DNA of 64,000 nt from Alphaproteobacteria bacterium (GCA_965248835.1 CBDFLJ010000001.1:96001-160000), one strand, 5' to 3'; shown: positions 38,881 through 48,925, numbered from the stretch's first letter. The notes: a model not told the origin generated them from the sequence alone. Numbers and translations are program-made.

Positions 38881-39873
38881 TTGGTGACACATCTCGGCAG
38901 AATTGCCGCCGCGGGCGCGGTGTTGGTCCTCGGCTTGGGCGGCGGCGCGGTCGCGACGAGCTCCGATGCGGCTGCTGCATGGAAGCCGCGCAAGCCGATC
39001 GAATTCGTCATCATGGCCGGCAAGGGCGGCGGTGCGGACCGCCTGGCACGGTTCATCCAGGGGATTGTCAAGAAGCACAACCTGTCCGCACTGCCGCTGG
39101 TGCCCAAGAACAAGGGCGGCGGCTCCGGCGCCGAGGCGCTGCGTTACCTCAAGGACCGGCAAGGCGACGCGCATGTCATCATGGCGACGCTGAACAGCTA
39201 CTACACCACCCCGCTGCGCAACCCGAGCCTCGGCGTGGACATCGAGCAGTTCACCCCGATCGCCCGGATGGCCGAGGATACCTTCCAGCTTTGGGTCCAC
39301 TCCGACAGCGATATCAAGTCTGTCGACGACTATGCCGCCGCCGTCAAGAAGGCGGGGATGGCGTGGAAGATGGGCGGCACCGGCAAGGGCCAGGAAGATT
39401 CGCTGGTCACCGCGATGCTCGAGAAGGCCTATGGCATCAAGGTCACCTACGTGCCCTTCAAGGGCGGCGGAACCGTCGCCAAGCAGCTTATCGGCAAGCA
39501 CATCGACTCCACGGTCAACAACCCGTCCGAGCAGATGGGCTTCTTCCAGGCCGGCAAGTCGCGCCCGCTTGCGACCTTCACGCCGAGCCGGTTGAAGGTC
39601 TTCCCCAACCTCCCGACCTTCCGCGAGCTCGGCCAGGACATGGTCTATTTCATGCAGCGTTCGGTGGTCGCCCCGGGCGGCATCCCCGACGAGGCGACGG
39701 CCTACTATGTCGCGCTGTTCGAGAAGGTCTATCAGTCGAAGGAATGGCAGGACTATCTGTCCAAGAAGGGGCTGCTGCCGGGCTGGCTGACCGGCGCGAA
39801 GCTGCAGGCGTATTTCAGCGCCGAGCGCGAGGCCCATCGCACGCTGCTGACCGCGATGGGAGAGATCAAATAG
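38881..39873 (+). CDS. tctC: Tripartite tricarboxylate transporter substrate-binding protein
   Basis: WKPRKPIEFVIMAGKGGGAD, NKGGGSG and YVPFKGGG motifs. Confidence 0.9.
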   Translation: MVTHLGRIAAAGAVLVLGLGGGAVATSSDAAAAWKPRKPIEFVIMAGKGGGADRLARFIQGIVKKHNLSALPLVPKNKGGGSGAEALRYLKDRQGDAHVIMATLNSYYTTPLRNPSLGVDIEQFTPIARMAEDTFQLWVHSDSDIKSVDDYAAAVKKAGMAWKMGGTGKGQEDSLVTAMLEKAYGIKVTYVPFKGGGTVAKQLIGKHIDSTVNNPSEQMGFFQAGKSRPLATFTPSRLKVFPNLPTFRELGQDMVYFMQRSVVAPGGIPDEATAYYVALFEKVYQSKEWQDYLSKKGLLPGWLTGAKLQAYFSAEREAHRTLLTAMGEIK

Positions 39874-39887
39874 TCTGAGCCGTCGGA

Positions 39888-39925
39888 CGGCGCCGATCCC
39901 GGACCCGGTTCCGGGATCGGCGCCG
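39888..39925 (+). repeat. Perfect 16-bp stem-loop between tctC and tctB
   Basis: CGGCGCCGATCCCGGA-6 nt-TCCGGGATCGGCGCCG. Confidence 0.8.
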
Positions 39926-39964
39926 GCGCATTCCCGCCAACGCTGAGCGCAGGAGACCGCCGCC

Positions 39965-40462
39965 ATGCGGCGTGCCGAGTTCGTCATGGCGGCGGTCATG
40001 GCGCTGTTCTCGCTCTATATCATGTGGAAAGCGACCGAGCTTCCGATCGGCTGGATCGAAGGCGCGGGCCCGGGCGGCGGCGCCTTCCCGTTCTGGCTGG
40101 CCGTCGGGATGCTGGTGTGCTGCGGCTGGATCATGCTGCGCTGGTTCCGCCGGCAGAGCGCGCCGGCGCGCTCCGCCGAGCCCTATATGGACGGCCGCGG
40201 GCTCAAGCTGTTCGCGGTCGGCGCCGGATCGCTGGTCGTCATGATCGGGCTGATCCATCTGGTCGGCGTCTATGTCGTGGTGCCGCTCTACCTGATCTTC
40301 TACATGCGCCTGCTCGGCCGGCACCGCTGGTCGGTGACCGTGCCGCTGGCGGTCGCGATGCCGGTTGCGACGTTCTTCTTTTTCGAGATCGCGCTCAAGA
40401 TCACCCTGCCCAAGGGCCTCACCGAGCCCGCGTTCTACCCGCTCTACGAGATGTTTTTCTGA
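39965..40462 (+). CDS. tctB: Tripartite tricarboxylate transporter TctB
   Basis: GPGGGAFPFW motif, TM helices, LKITLPKG. Confidence 0.9.
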   Translation: MRRAEFVMAAVMALFSLYIMWKATELPIGWIEGAGPGGGAFPFWLAVGMLVCCGWIMLRWFRRQSAPARSAEPYMDGRGLKLFAVGAGSLVVMIGLIHLVGVYVVVPLYLIFYMRLLGRHRWSVTVPLAVAMPVATFFFFEIALKITLPKGLTEPAFYPLYEMFF

Positions 40463-40474
40463 GGCGGCCGGCCG

Positions 40475-41992
40475 ATGGAGATCCTCAACCTCCTCCTCGA
40501 CGGGTTTGCCGTCGCCCTTCAGCCCCTCAATCTGGGGCTGATCGTCGCCGGCTGCATCGCCGGGCTGTTCATCGGCGCGATGCCCGGGCTGGGCTCGGTC
40601 AACGGCGTGGCGATCCTGCTGCCGATGACGTTCCTGGTGCCGCCGACCTCGGCGATGATCTTCCTGGGATCGCTCTATTACGGGGCGATGTATGGCGGGG
40701 CGATCTCCTCGATCATGCTGGGCATCCCCGGCGCCTCCACCGCGGTGGCGACCACGTTCGACGGCCGGCCGATGGCCCTTGCCGGGATGGCCGACAAGGC
40801 GCTGGTCGCCGCGGCGACCGCTTCGTTCACCGGCGGGACGATCTCGGTGATCCTGTTCACCTTGTTCGCACCGCCCTTGGCCGAAGTGGCGCTCGCCTTC
40901 GGCCCGCCGGAGGAGTTCGCGCTCTTGATGCTCGCGTTCGCCACCTTCATCGGGCTGGGCGGCGACGACATTCCCAAGACCTTCTTTTCGATCTTCGTCG
41001 GCCTGGTGCTGAGCGCCGTCGGGCTCGACGTGGTCAGCGGCCAGCCGCGGCTGATCTTTGGCGATATCACCGGCTTCTATCACGGCATCAACTTCCTGGT
41101 CCTGGCGATCGGGATCTACGGGATCGGCGAGATCCTGTGGACCGTCGAATCGACCAAGGGCGAGATGGTCGTCTCGCGCGTGGCGGTGAGCTTCCGCGGA
41201 ATCTTGCGCGCCCTGGCCGCCCTGCGCGGCAGCGTCCGCACCATGGTGATGGGCTCGCTGCTGGGCTATTTCGTCGGCATCCTGCCGGCGGCCGGCGCGA
41301 CGCCCGGCTCGCTGATGGCCTATGGCGTCGCCAAGACGATCTCCAAGGACCCGGAGTCCTTCGGCAAGGGCAATGTCGAGGGGGTCGTCGCACCCGAGGC
41401 GGCCAACAACGCCGCCAGCACCGGCTCGATGCTGCCCATGTTGACGCTCGGCATCCCCGGCTCGCCGACCACCGCGATCCTGTTGGGCGGCATGGTGATC
41501 TGGGGCCTCGAGCCCGGCCCGTTGCTGTTCGTCGAGCACAAGGAGTTCGTCTGGGGGCTGATCGCAAGCCTCTACGCCGCGAACCTGTTTGCCCTGCTGA
41601 TCAACATCGCCTTCATCCCGGCCTTCCTGATGGTGCTGAGGATGCCGTTTACGGTGCTGGCGCCGATCATCTTCATCCTGTGCGTCGTCGGCGGCTATGC
41701 GCCCACCCAGGATATGCACGACATCTGGCTGATGCTGATCTTCGGCGTCGTCGGCTACCTGATGCGCAAGCTCGACTACCCGCTGGCGCCGGTGGTGCTG
41801 GCGATCGTGCTGGGTCCGCTTGCCGAGGCCTCCTTGCGCCAGTCGCTGATCATGGCGCAGGGCTCGTTCGGCATCTTTTTCGACCGCCCGGTCTCTGCGA
41901 CCATCATGGTCGTAGCCATCGGCCTGTTCGTCTGGCCGCTGGTCGTCGTCGTCCGGGCCAGGGCGCGCGCGCGAGGGGGGCAGAAGAGATGA
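40475..41992 (+). CDS. tctA: Tripartite tricarboxylate transporter TctA
   Basis: GAMPGLG, YYGAMYGG, PEAANNA and LTLGIPGS motifs. Confidence 0.95.
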   Translation: MEILNLLLDGFAVALQPLNLGLIVAGCIAGLFIGAMPGLGSVNGVAILLPMTFLVPPTSAMIFLGSLYYGAMYGGAISSIMLGIPGASTAVATTFDGRPMALAGMADKALVAAATASFTGGTISVILFTLFAPPLAEVALAFGPPEEFALLMLAFATFIGLGGDDIPKTFFSIFVGLVLSAVGLDVVSGQPRLIFGDITGFYHGINFLVLAIGIYGIGEILWTVESTKGEMVVSRVAVSFRGILRALAALRGSVRTMVMGSLLGYFVGILPAAGATPGSLMAYGVAKTISKDPESFGKGNVEGVVAPEAANNAASTGSMLPMLTLGIPGSPTTAILLGGMVIWGLEPGPLLFVEHKEFVWGLIASLYAANLFALLINIAFIPAFLMVLRMPFTVLAPIIFILCVVGGYAPTQDMHDIWLMLIFGVVGYLMRKLDYPLAPVVLAIVLGPLAEASLRQSLIMAQGSFGIFFDRPVSATIMVVAIGLFVWPLVVVVRARARARGGQKR

Positions 41993-43023
41993 CCGGACCA
42001 TTGTTCGAACGGCTGGAGATCGGGCTCTACAGCGTCTCCTCGACCGCGGACAACCGCGCCGTTGCCGAGAAGGCCGAGGCGCGGGGCATCCGGCGGCTGT
42101 GGCTCGCCGAGGACCACCACAGCCGGGATATCTTCGTCCAGGCGACCGCGATCGCCGTGGCCACCGAGTCGATCGAAATCGGGCTCGGCATCGTCAATCC
42201 CTACACCCGGCACCCGGCGCAGATCGCCATGGCGGTGGCCGATCTGGAGGAGCTGGCCGGGCCGCGCTTCGTCCTGGGACTCGGCGCCGGCTGGTCGGCG
42301 ATCGCCGCCCATGGCGTGGCGAACCCACGCCCCATCACCGCGCTGAAGGAGACCGCCGCGATATGCCGGGGAATGCTGCGCGGCGAGCGCGTGGCCTTCG
42401 AGGGCGCGCTCTACCGCCTGCCCGCACCCGGTGCGCGGCTCACCTTCCCGCCGGCGCGGCCCGACGTGCCGCTCTATTTCGGCACCATGGGGCCGCGGAC
42501 CCTGAGGATGGCCACCCCGATCGCCGACGGCGTTTTCTTCAGCGTCTTCACCAGCCCGTCCTTCGCCGGGCATTGCCTCGACCATGCCCGCGCGGCGCTC
42601 GCCGGCACCGGCCGCACGATCGCCGACATCGATGTCGCCTGCTACATCATCTTCTCGGTCGACGAGGACGGCGATGCCGCGCGGCAAGCGGCCAAGCCGT
42701 TGATCGCCCACTATCTCAGACGGATCCCGGACATCATCCGCTTCGAATACGCCGGGCTCGACGTTTCGCGCATGCAGGCGCTGCAGGCCGGGCTCAAGGA
42801 AGCGTTCGCCGAGGACCGGTTCGGCCAGGCGGTCGATGCCCTGCCGGATGACATCGTGGCCGCGCTCGCGGTCGCCGGCACCCCGGATGAATGCATCGAA
42901 GGCCTCAAGCCTTACGCCGCCGCCGGGCTCAAGACCCCGGTGCTCTACCAGGTCCTCGGCCCGAACCGCATGGATTCGATCGATCTGATCGCAGACCGCA
43001 TCCGGCCGGCGCTGGTCGGCTGA
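41989..43023 (+). CDS. LLM-class (luciferase-like/Mer-like) oxidoreductase
   Basis: WLAEDHH, IVNPYTRHP, RFVLGLGAG and AVAGTPDEC motifs; ATGA overlap with tctA. Confidence 0.88.
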   Translation: MTGPLFERLEIGLYSVSSTADNRAVAEKAEARGIRRLWLAEDHHSRDIFVQATAIAVATESIEIGLGIVNPYTRHPAQIAMAVADLEELAGPRFVLGLGAGWSAIAAHGVANPRPITALKETAAICRGMLRGERVAFEGALYRLPAPGARLTFPPARPDVPLYFGTMGPRTLRMATPIADGVFFSVFTSPSFAGHCLDHARAALAGTGRTIADIDVACYIIFSVDEDGDAARQAAKPLIAHYLRRIPDIIRFEYAGLDVSRMQALQAGLKEAFAEDRFGQAVDALPDDIVAALAVAGTPDECIEGLKPYAAAGLKTPVLYQVLGPNRMDSIDLIADRIRPALVG

Positions 43024-43035
43024 GGCGCTGCCGGT

Positions 43036-44073
43036 CTATTCCGCCGCCGCCGCGCGCCGCGCAGGCGCGGCGGTGAGCACGCGGTCGTGCAGCGCGCGGC
43101 CGGCGATCTGGCCGGCGTCGGCGTTGACATCGATCTTCCACGGCTCCGGGCTGCCCAGCATCGATTGCTGCTGGGCCTCCAGAGCGATGAAGTCCTCGCC
43201 ATAAGCGGCGTCGACGGCGGCCTTGATCCGCCGGCTGGTTTCCGCGTCGTCCTTGCGGTAGTTGCGCGCGAACACCCAGGCATAGAGCGAGGTCGTCTCG
43301 TCGACCGGGGTCAGCGTGATCGCGAGCCGGGCCGCGATCGGGTCGACCCGGCTTCCTTGCGGCGCGCCGGTGCCGGTCGCCGCCACGCCGATGTCGAAGA
43401 AGGTGTGCGACGGCGGCCTGTAGGTGGTGATCTGCCAGCGGTCGCAGCCCGCGTTCCGGCCGATCGCCTCGGCCCAGAACGGTCCGGGGTCGACATCGAT
43501 CATCCAGCGCTCGACCGTCACGCTGTCCGCGCGCCTGGTTACGGTGATCGGGTTGTCGGTGATCGCCTCGGCACCCAGCGTGGAGGCGTGGACGTAAGGC
43601 AGGTGCGTCAGATCGAGCAGGTTGTCGATCGACAGCATGTAGTGGCACCTGACCTCGGCCGCGCCGCCGACCGCCGGCCAGTCCGGATCGCTGTTCCAGT
43701 GGTAGTCGGGGATCGCCGCCGGATCGGCCAGGGCAGGATCGCCCATCCAGATCCAGATGAACAGGTCGCGCTCGACCACCGGATAGGCCTTCACCGCTGC
43801 GCCGGGCGGGATCCTCGACTGCCCGGGCACCGCGACACAGGCTCCGGTCGCATCGAACTCGAGCCCGTGATAGCCGCATTGCAGGCGGTCCCCGATCAAC
43901 CGGCCGAGCGACAGCGGCAGACCGCGGTGGCAGCAGCGGTCGGTCAGCGCGGCCGGGGTGCCCGCGGCGGTGCGGAACAGGACGACCGGGTCCTTGCAGA
44001 TCGTCCGGGCGAGCAGGGCCCGGCCGAGATCCTCGGCGAGCGCGGCGGCGTACCAGGCATTGCGCAGAAACAT
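43036..44073 (-). CDS. Rieske oxygenase alpha subunit (VanA-like)
   Basis: MFLRNAWY start, CCHR...CGYHG and DNLLDLTHLPYVH motifs. Confidence 0.92.
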   Translation of the reverse strand: MFLRNAWYAAALAEDLGRALLARTICKDPVVLFRTAAGTPAALTDRCCHRGLPLSLGRLIGDRLQCGYHGLEFDATGACVAVPGQSRIPPGAAVKAYPVVERDLFIWIWMGDPALADPAAIPDYHWNSDPDWPAVGGAAEVRCHYMLSIDNLLDLTHLPYVHASTLGAEAITDNPITVTRRADSVTVERWMIDVDPGPFWAEAIGRNAGCDRWQITTYRPPSHTFFDIGVAATGTGAPQGSRVDPIAARLAITLTPVDETTSLYAWVFARNYRKDDAETSRRIKAAVDAAYGEDFIALEAQQQSMLGSPEPWKIDVNADAGQIAGRALHDRVLTAAPARRAAAAE

Positions 44074-44156
44074 CGGCGCTCTCCATACTGGGCGGTCGCG
44101 GCGATTCTGGCCCCGGAATCCGGGCGGGCGCAAGCTATTTGACGGGGAGGCGATCG

Positions 44157-45839
44157 GTGTCCGAGCACGACCTGGTCCTCTACAACGGACGCATCATCAC
44201 GTTGGACGGCGCTTCGCGCATCGCCCGGGCGGTCGGCGTGCACGAGGGCCGCATCGCCGCGGTCGGCGAGGACGCGCCGATCCTGGCGGACGCGGGCCCG
44301 CACACAAGGCACGTCGATCTCGCCGGCGCGGCGGTCACGCCCGGCATCTTCGACGCCCATCCCCATATGGATCGCGAAGGGCTGAAGCGCCGGGGCGGGC
44401 ATCCGATCCGGGGGTTGGGCTCGGTGGCCGAGATCTGCGAGGCGGTGCGCGCCGCCGCGGCGCGGACACCGGCCGGCGAATGGATCCTCACCATGCCGAT
44501 GGAGCTCGAGCCCGAAGACGGCATGCCGCGCTATGTCAGCGCGCCGGACGACCTGGCCGAGGGCCGATTCCCCGACCGCCGCGACCTCGACCGCGCCGCA
44601 CCGGACCACCCGGTCCTGATCCGCGGCGTCTGGGGCTGGTGGTCCAAGCCGCCCTTCCCGAGCGTGGCCAATTCACGGGCCCTGGCGCTTGCCGGGATCG
44701 ATCGGGACACAAACGCGCCCTATCGGAGCGAGATCCTCAAGGATGCGGCGGGCGAGCCGACCGGGGTGATGCTGGAGACCAACCGCGCGCCGATCCTCGA
44801 ATACACGCTGCTGGGGTGCGTGCCCCGCTTCACCTTCGAGGACCGGATTGCCGCGGCGCGCATCGGCCCCAAGCTCTACAACGCCGTGGGGACCACTGCG
44901 GGGTACGAGGGCCACGGGCTGACCCCTGCCCTGATCGAGGCCTATCGCCGGGCCGCGGAGTCGGGCGACCTGTCGGTCCGGCTCACCACGACCCTGAGCG
45001 TGCCGTCCGCGGTGATGAACGATGCCAGGGTCGCGGACTTGCTCCATCAATGGGCCGGGCGCATCGCGGCGCCGGGCAGGCGCGAGGGCAATCTGGTCAC
45101 CGACGGCATCTGCCTCGACTTCGGCGATCCCGACGTCGCGCGGATCATTGCCGCCGGCTACCCCTACGAGGCCTGGGCCGGCCATTTCAGCCAGTCGGTC
45201 GCGCCCGGGCGGTTGGTCGCCGTCGCGACGCTGGCCGCGCGGCTGGGCATCCGTTTGGCGTGCATCTGCTATGACATCGAGGCCTTGCTCCAGGCCTACG
45301 AGGCGGTCGACCGAGAGGTGCCGATCAGAGACCGCCGCTGGGTGATGATGCACCTGACCCGGGCAAGCGATGACCAGATCCGCCGGATCAAGGCGCTCGG
45401 CGTGATCGTGACGATGACGCCCAACTTCATGTATCACGCGACCACGCGGCTGGGCCTGGCCGAGCTTGGCGCCGAAGGCACGCCGATCCGCCGGGTGATC
45501 GATGCCGGAATCCCCGTCGCGCTGTCTTCGGACAACGTACCGGTCTCGATGTTCTGGGCGATGTGGTCGGCGCTGACCCGCTATTCCGGGGACCTCGGCG
45601 AGCGGCTGGGCGAGTCCGGCCTGGAGCGCGAGGAGGTGCTGCGGCTGATCGCCCAGACCGGCCACGTCCTGACCTGGGACGAGCACCGGCGCGGCGCGAT
45701 CGCGCCGGGCATGGACGCCGATCTCGCCGTGCTCGACCGCGACCCGCTTGCCTGCCCCGAGGACGAGATCAAGGACATCACGGCCTCGCGCACCTTCCTC
45801 GCCGGGCGCGAGGTCACTGGTTCGCGATCACCGCCTTGA
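44157..45839 (+). CDS. Amidohydrolase family 3 (YtcJ-like)
   Basis: NGRIITLD, PGIFDAHPH, ANSRALALAGI and GAIAPGMDADLAVLD motifs. Confidence 0.88.
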   Translation: MSEHDLVLYNGRIITLDGASRIARAVGVHEGRIAAVGEDAPILADAGPHTRHVDLAGAAVTPGIFDAHPHMDREGLKRRGGHPIRGLGSVAEICEAVRAAAARTPAGEWILTMPMELEPEDGMPRYVSAPDDLAEGRFPDRRDLDRAAPDHPVLIRGVWGWWSKPPFPSVANSRALALAGIDRDTNAPYRSEILKDAAGEPTGVMLETNRAPILEYTLLGCVPRFTFEDRIAAARIGPKLYNAVGTTAGYEGHGLTPALIEAYRRAAESGDLSVRLTTTLSVPSAVMNDARVADLLHQWAGRIAAPGRREGNLVTDGICLDFGDPDVARIIAAGYPYEAWAGHFSQSVAPGRLVAVATLAARLGIRLACICYDIEALLQAYEAVDREVPIRDRRWVMMHLTRASDDQIRRIKALGVIVTMTPNFMYHATTRLGLAELGAEGTPIRRVIDAGIPVALSSDNVPVSMFWAMWSALTRYSGDLGERLGESGLEREEVLRLIAQTGHVLTWDEHRRGAIAPGMDADLAVLDRDPLACPEDEIKDITASRTFLAGREVTGSRSPP

Positions 45840-46110
45840 CGATGTCGCGCCCGACGACCATGGCAGCCGTGTCCTCGCGATAGGCGGCCATGTAGTCGGT
45901 CTGCATGTGATGGTCGACCGCCGCCTGGTCGTCATAGACCTCGTAGAGCCGGACGACGTCGGACGTCCCATCGGGGACAACGATGTCGAACCGCTGGCAG
46001 CCCGGCTCGTTCTTCAGGACCCGCTCGCGGTGCTGCCTTCCACGTGCGATGAAGCCATCACGCTGGCCTTCGGCGATCTTCAATTCGACTAGTAGGACGA
46101 CGGCGCTCAT
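45814..46110 (-). CDS. Putative quinol monooxygenase (YgiN/LsrG-like ABM)
   Basis: EPGCQRFD and LYEVYDDQAAVDHH motifs. Confidence 0.85.
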   Translation of the reverse strand: MSAVVLLVELKIAEGQRDGFIARGRQHRERVLKNEPGCQRFDIVVPDGTSDVVRLYEVYDDQAAVDHHMQTDYMAAYREDTAAMVVGRDIVKAVIANQ

Positions 46111-46251
46111 CCGGCCCCTCCCTTTGTCCGTTGGTTCCCGCACCCAGTCTATTCACCGGGCGCCGGCTTGCCCAACACCTGCTTTGCGGTCACGCACGGT
46201 GCAAGAGATTCTACTTGCCCGCTTGCGGGTGCACCTTAGAGGGGGGAGACG

Positions 46252-47271
46252 ATGTCGCGAGGCGCAATCGCAACCGCCGCATGCATCGCCCTGGCCGCGA
46301 CGACGGCCGGGGCGGTATCGGCCAAGACCTGCAAGCTGTCGGCGTTCACGCCCAGGGGCCAAGTGATGTGGGACCAGTACCCGGCCCAGTTCTCCAAGAA
46401 GATCGCGCTGGTTACCGACGGCCAGATCAAGGTCAAGCCCTATCCCTGGGGCGCGCTGGCCAGTGGGTTCGATGGCCACAAGGCGGTCATGGACGGCCGC
46501 GCGGACATGGCCTACCACTACGGCGCCTTCGAGGTGAACCAGAACCCCGAGGCGGTGTTCATCGGCGACATCCCCGGCGGCATGGGGCCGGAGGCCAAGC
46601 TCCAGTGGCTGTTCGAAGGCGGCGGCGAGCAGCTGTGGGTGGAATACCGCCATTCGCGCGGCCAGCACGGCATGTTCTGCGACATCATGGGCTCGGAGCT
46701 GTTCTCCAACTCGCACAAGCGGGTCCAGACCCTGGCGGACTTCAAGGGCTACAAGTACCGCACCGCCGGCGCCACCACCGCGGTGATGCGGGCGCTCGGC
46801 GCGGCGCCGAACCTGGTGCCGGGACCCGAGGTCTTTACCATGCTGGAGCGCAAGGCGATCGACGGGACCGAATACCTGACGCCGTTCGGCAACATCCAGC
46901 CCGGCTTCGTCAAGGTCGCCAAATGCGTGATCTATCCCGGCATCCACGCGCCGTCGGCGCTCCAGGAGCTGATCATGTCGAAGAAGACCTGGGACGGCAT
47001 CTCCAAGACCAACCAGGAGAAGATCCGGCTGGTCCGCGATTCGATCATCGTCCGCGCGCACGCCCACATCACCCACCGCGACATGATGGCCATGAAGAAG
47101 GTCAGGGACGCCGGAGGCAACGAGATGGTCGAGCTCGACTCGTCGGTGATCAAGGCCTTCCACAAGGCCGGCCGCGACTGGGCCGAGGCGAAGAGCAAGG
47201 AGCAGAACGCCAAGGGCAATCCGTGGATGGAGCGCTTCGCCAAGAGCTTCTACGGCTACATGGACACCTGA
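46252..47271 (+). CDS. TRAP substrate-binding protein (DctP family)
   Basis: Signal peptide, TDGQIKVK and DFKGYKYRTAG motifs. Confidence 0.88.
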   Translation: MSRGAIATAACIALAATTAGAVSAKTCKLSAFTPRGQVMWDQYPAQFSKKIALVTDGQIKVKPYPWGALASGFDGHKAVMDGRADMAYHYGAFEVNQNPEAVFIGDIPGGMGPEAKLQWLFEGGGEQLWVEYRHSRGQHGMFCDIMGSELFSNSHKRVQTLADFKGYKYRTAGATTAVMRALGAAPNLVPGPEVFTMLERKAIDGTEYLTPFGNIQPGFVKVAKCVIYPGIHAPSALQELIMSKKTWDGISKTNQEKIRLVRDSIIVRAHAHITHRDMMAMKKVRDAGGNEMVELDSSVIKAFHKAGRDWAEAKSKEQNAKGNPWMERFAKSFYGYMDT

Positions 47272-47372
47272 CGCGGAATTCGCGCCACCGCGTGAGCGAC
47301 TACGAGTAGACGCGGAACAAGCGGGCGGGACTTGCGGGTCCCGCCCCGTCCATCGGCCTTGAAAGCCGGCCC

Positions 47373-47550
47373 ATGGTTCTTCGTGCCTGCGCCTGGATCG
47401 ACCGGATCACCCGCATCGTCGCCGTCGCGGCAATGTCGCTGTTCCTCGCGCTGACCTCGGTGTCGATGTGCGGGGTGTTCGCGGCGACCACCGGGATCGT
47501 CGGTGCGGTGGAGAGCGTCGTCGGCATGATGGCGATCCTGCCGATGGACC
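47373..47550 (+). pseudogene. Fused remnants of dctQ (N-terminus) and dctM (internal part)
   Basis: WIDRITRIVAVAAMSLFLALT (DctQ TM1-like) joined directly to VFAATTGIVGAVESVVGMMAILPM (DctM motif). Confidence 0.6.
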
Positions 47551-47822
47551 GGGACGAGATCCAGGCCCGGCTCGCCGACAAGCTGATCACGACCGCGACC
47601 GCGCTGGCAAGGCTGCCGGGCACCGGGGCCTTGACCGCGCACAATCCCCGGCATATCTGCCAGGGTGCCCACCAGGGCTTGGTGTGGGTCCTCAATCCGG
47701 TCGAGAGACACGATGATCAATCACCGCAGCGCGCCGATCGAAGGCATGGCGCCGGCACCGTGGCCGAATGCGCCGGTGCGATCGGACGCGGCGCGCGACA
47801 TGAGGCCTTAGCCATTTCCGTC

Positions 47823-48836
47823 ATGGTCTTGCAGGGCAATGCGCCGCGCCGCGTAACCGCGGCCTGGCTCTATGGCTGTGCCGCGATGGTCTTCGCGATG
47901 GTCGTCCTGGGCGGGCTGACGCGGCTCACCGGCTCGGGCCTGTCGATGGTCGACTGGCAGCCGGTCGCCGGGATCCTGCCGCCGATGGATGCGGCGGCCT
48001 GGCAGGCCCTGTTCGACCAGTACAAGACCTCGCCCGAATTCCGGAGGGTCAACTTCTGGATGACGGTCGATGACTTCCGCTCGATCTTCTGGCTGGAGTT
48101 CCTCCACCGGCTGTGGGGCCGGCTGATCGGCCTGGTCTTCGGCCTGCCGCTGGTCTATTTCCTGATCCGCGGCTGGATCGGCTGGGCGCTCGGGCTCCGG
48201 CTGGTCGTGCTGTTCGTCCTGGGCGGCGCGCAGGGGCTGCTCGGCTGGTACATGGTCAAGAGCGGCCTGGTCGACCGGCCGGATGTGAGCCAGTACAGGC
48301 TTGCGGCACATTTGATGCTGGCGGTCGCGCTTTACGGATACCTGCTGTGGACCGCGCTCGGCATCGGTGCCCGTCGTGCCCGCCGGCCGCAATACCGCTT
48401 CCATCTCGGCCTGGTGATCACCGCGATCGCGCTGACCATGACCTGGGGCGCGCTTGTCGCCGGGCTCGACGCCGGCCACATCTACCCCACCTTTCCGCTG
48501 ATGGACGGAAGAGTCGTCCCCGCCGAGATCCTGACGATATCGCCCTGGCCGGCCGACCTGACCGAGAACGCCGCGACGGTCCAGTTCCTCCACCGTGTTC
48601 TCGCTATCACGCTGGTGGTCTTGGTGCTGGCGCTGTGGTGGCGGGGCCGCGGGGCCGAGTACCGCCGCACGCGCAGTCTGGACTGGCTCGCCGCCGTCGC
48701 GCTGATCCAGGCCGGGCTCGGGGTTGCGACGCTGCTCGCCGGCGTGCCGGCGGTGCTGGCGGTTGCCCATCAGGCCGGCGGGCTGGTGCTTTTGAGCATC
48801 GCGGTCCACGCCAACCACGTCTGGCAACGCGCTTGA
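47823..48836 (+). CDS. ctaA: Heme A synthase (COX15/CtaA)
   Basis: GGLTRLTGSGLSMVDW, EFLHRLWGR, GWYMVKSGL, YRLAAHL and QFLHR motifs. Confidence 0.95.
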   Translation: MVLQGNAPRRVTAAWLYGCAAMVFAMVVLGGLTRLTGSGLSMVDWQPVAGILPPMDAAAWQALFDQYKTSPEFRRVNFWMTVDDFRSIFWLEFLHRLWGRLIGLVFGLPLVYFLIRGWIGWALGLRLVVLFVLGGAQGLLGWYMVKSGLVDRPDVSQYRLAAHLMLAVALYGYLLWTALGIGARRARRPQYRFHLGLVITAIALTMTWGALVAGLDAGHIYPTFPLMDGRVVPAEILTISPWPADLTENAATVQFLHRVLAITLVVLVLALWWRGRGAEYRRTRSLDWLAAVALIQAGLGVATLLAGVPAVLAVAHQAGGLVLLSIAVHANHVWQRA

Positions 48837-48861
48837 CGCCGCCCCTGGGATCGTAAAGACT
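48833..48861 (+). promoter_or_regulatory. Putative sigma70 promoter for the riboswitch-metZ transcript
   Basis: TTGACG-17 nt-AAGACT just upstream of the riboswitch. Confidence 0.4.
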
Positions 48862-48868
48862 GCGTCCA

Positions 48869-48925
48869 CGTGGTGATTTGGCCCGATCGGCTTGCGGCCA
48901 CGAAAAACAATCCGCTAAAAGGTCG
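48869..48925 (+). ncRNA. SAM-II (SAM-alpha) riboswitch
   Basis: CGTGGTGATTTG...GCTTGCGGCCACG AAAAACAA TCCGCTAAA matches the SAM-II consensus; lies upstream of metZ. Confidence 0.9.

Noticed and set aside
40024-43023. 999-aa fusion protein
   Set aside because: Only 41989-43023 is a real LLM gene; the rest is an alternative frame over tctB and tctA
47373-48836. 487-aa N-terminally extended heme A synthase
   Set aside because: The extension consists of TRAP permease relics; CtaA similarity starts near 47823
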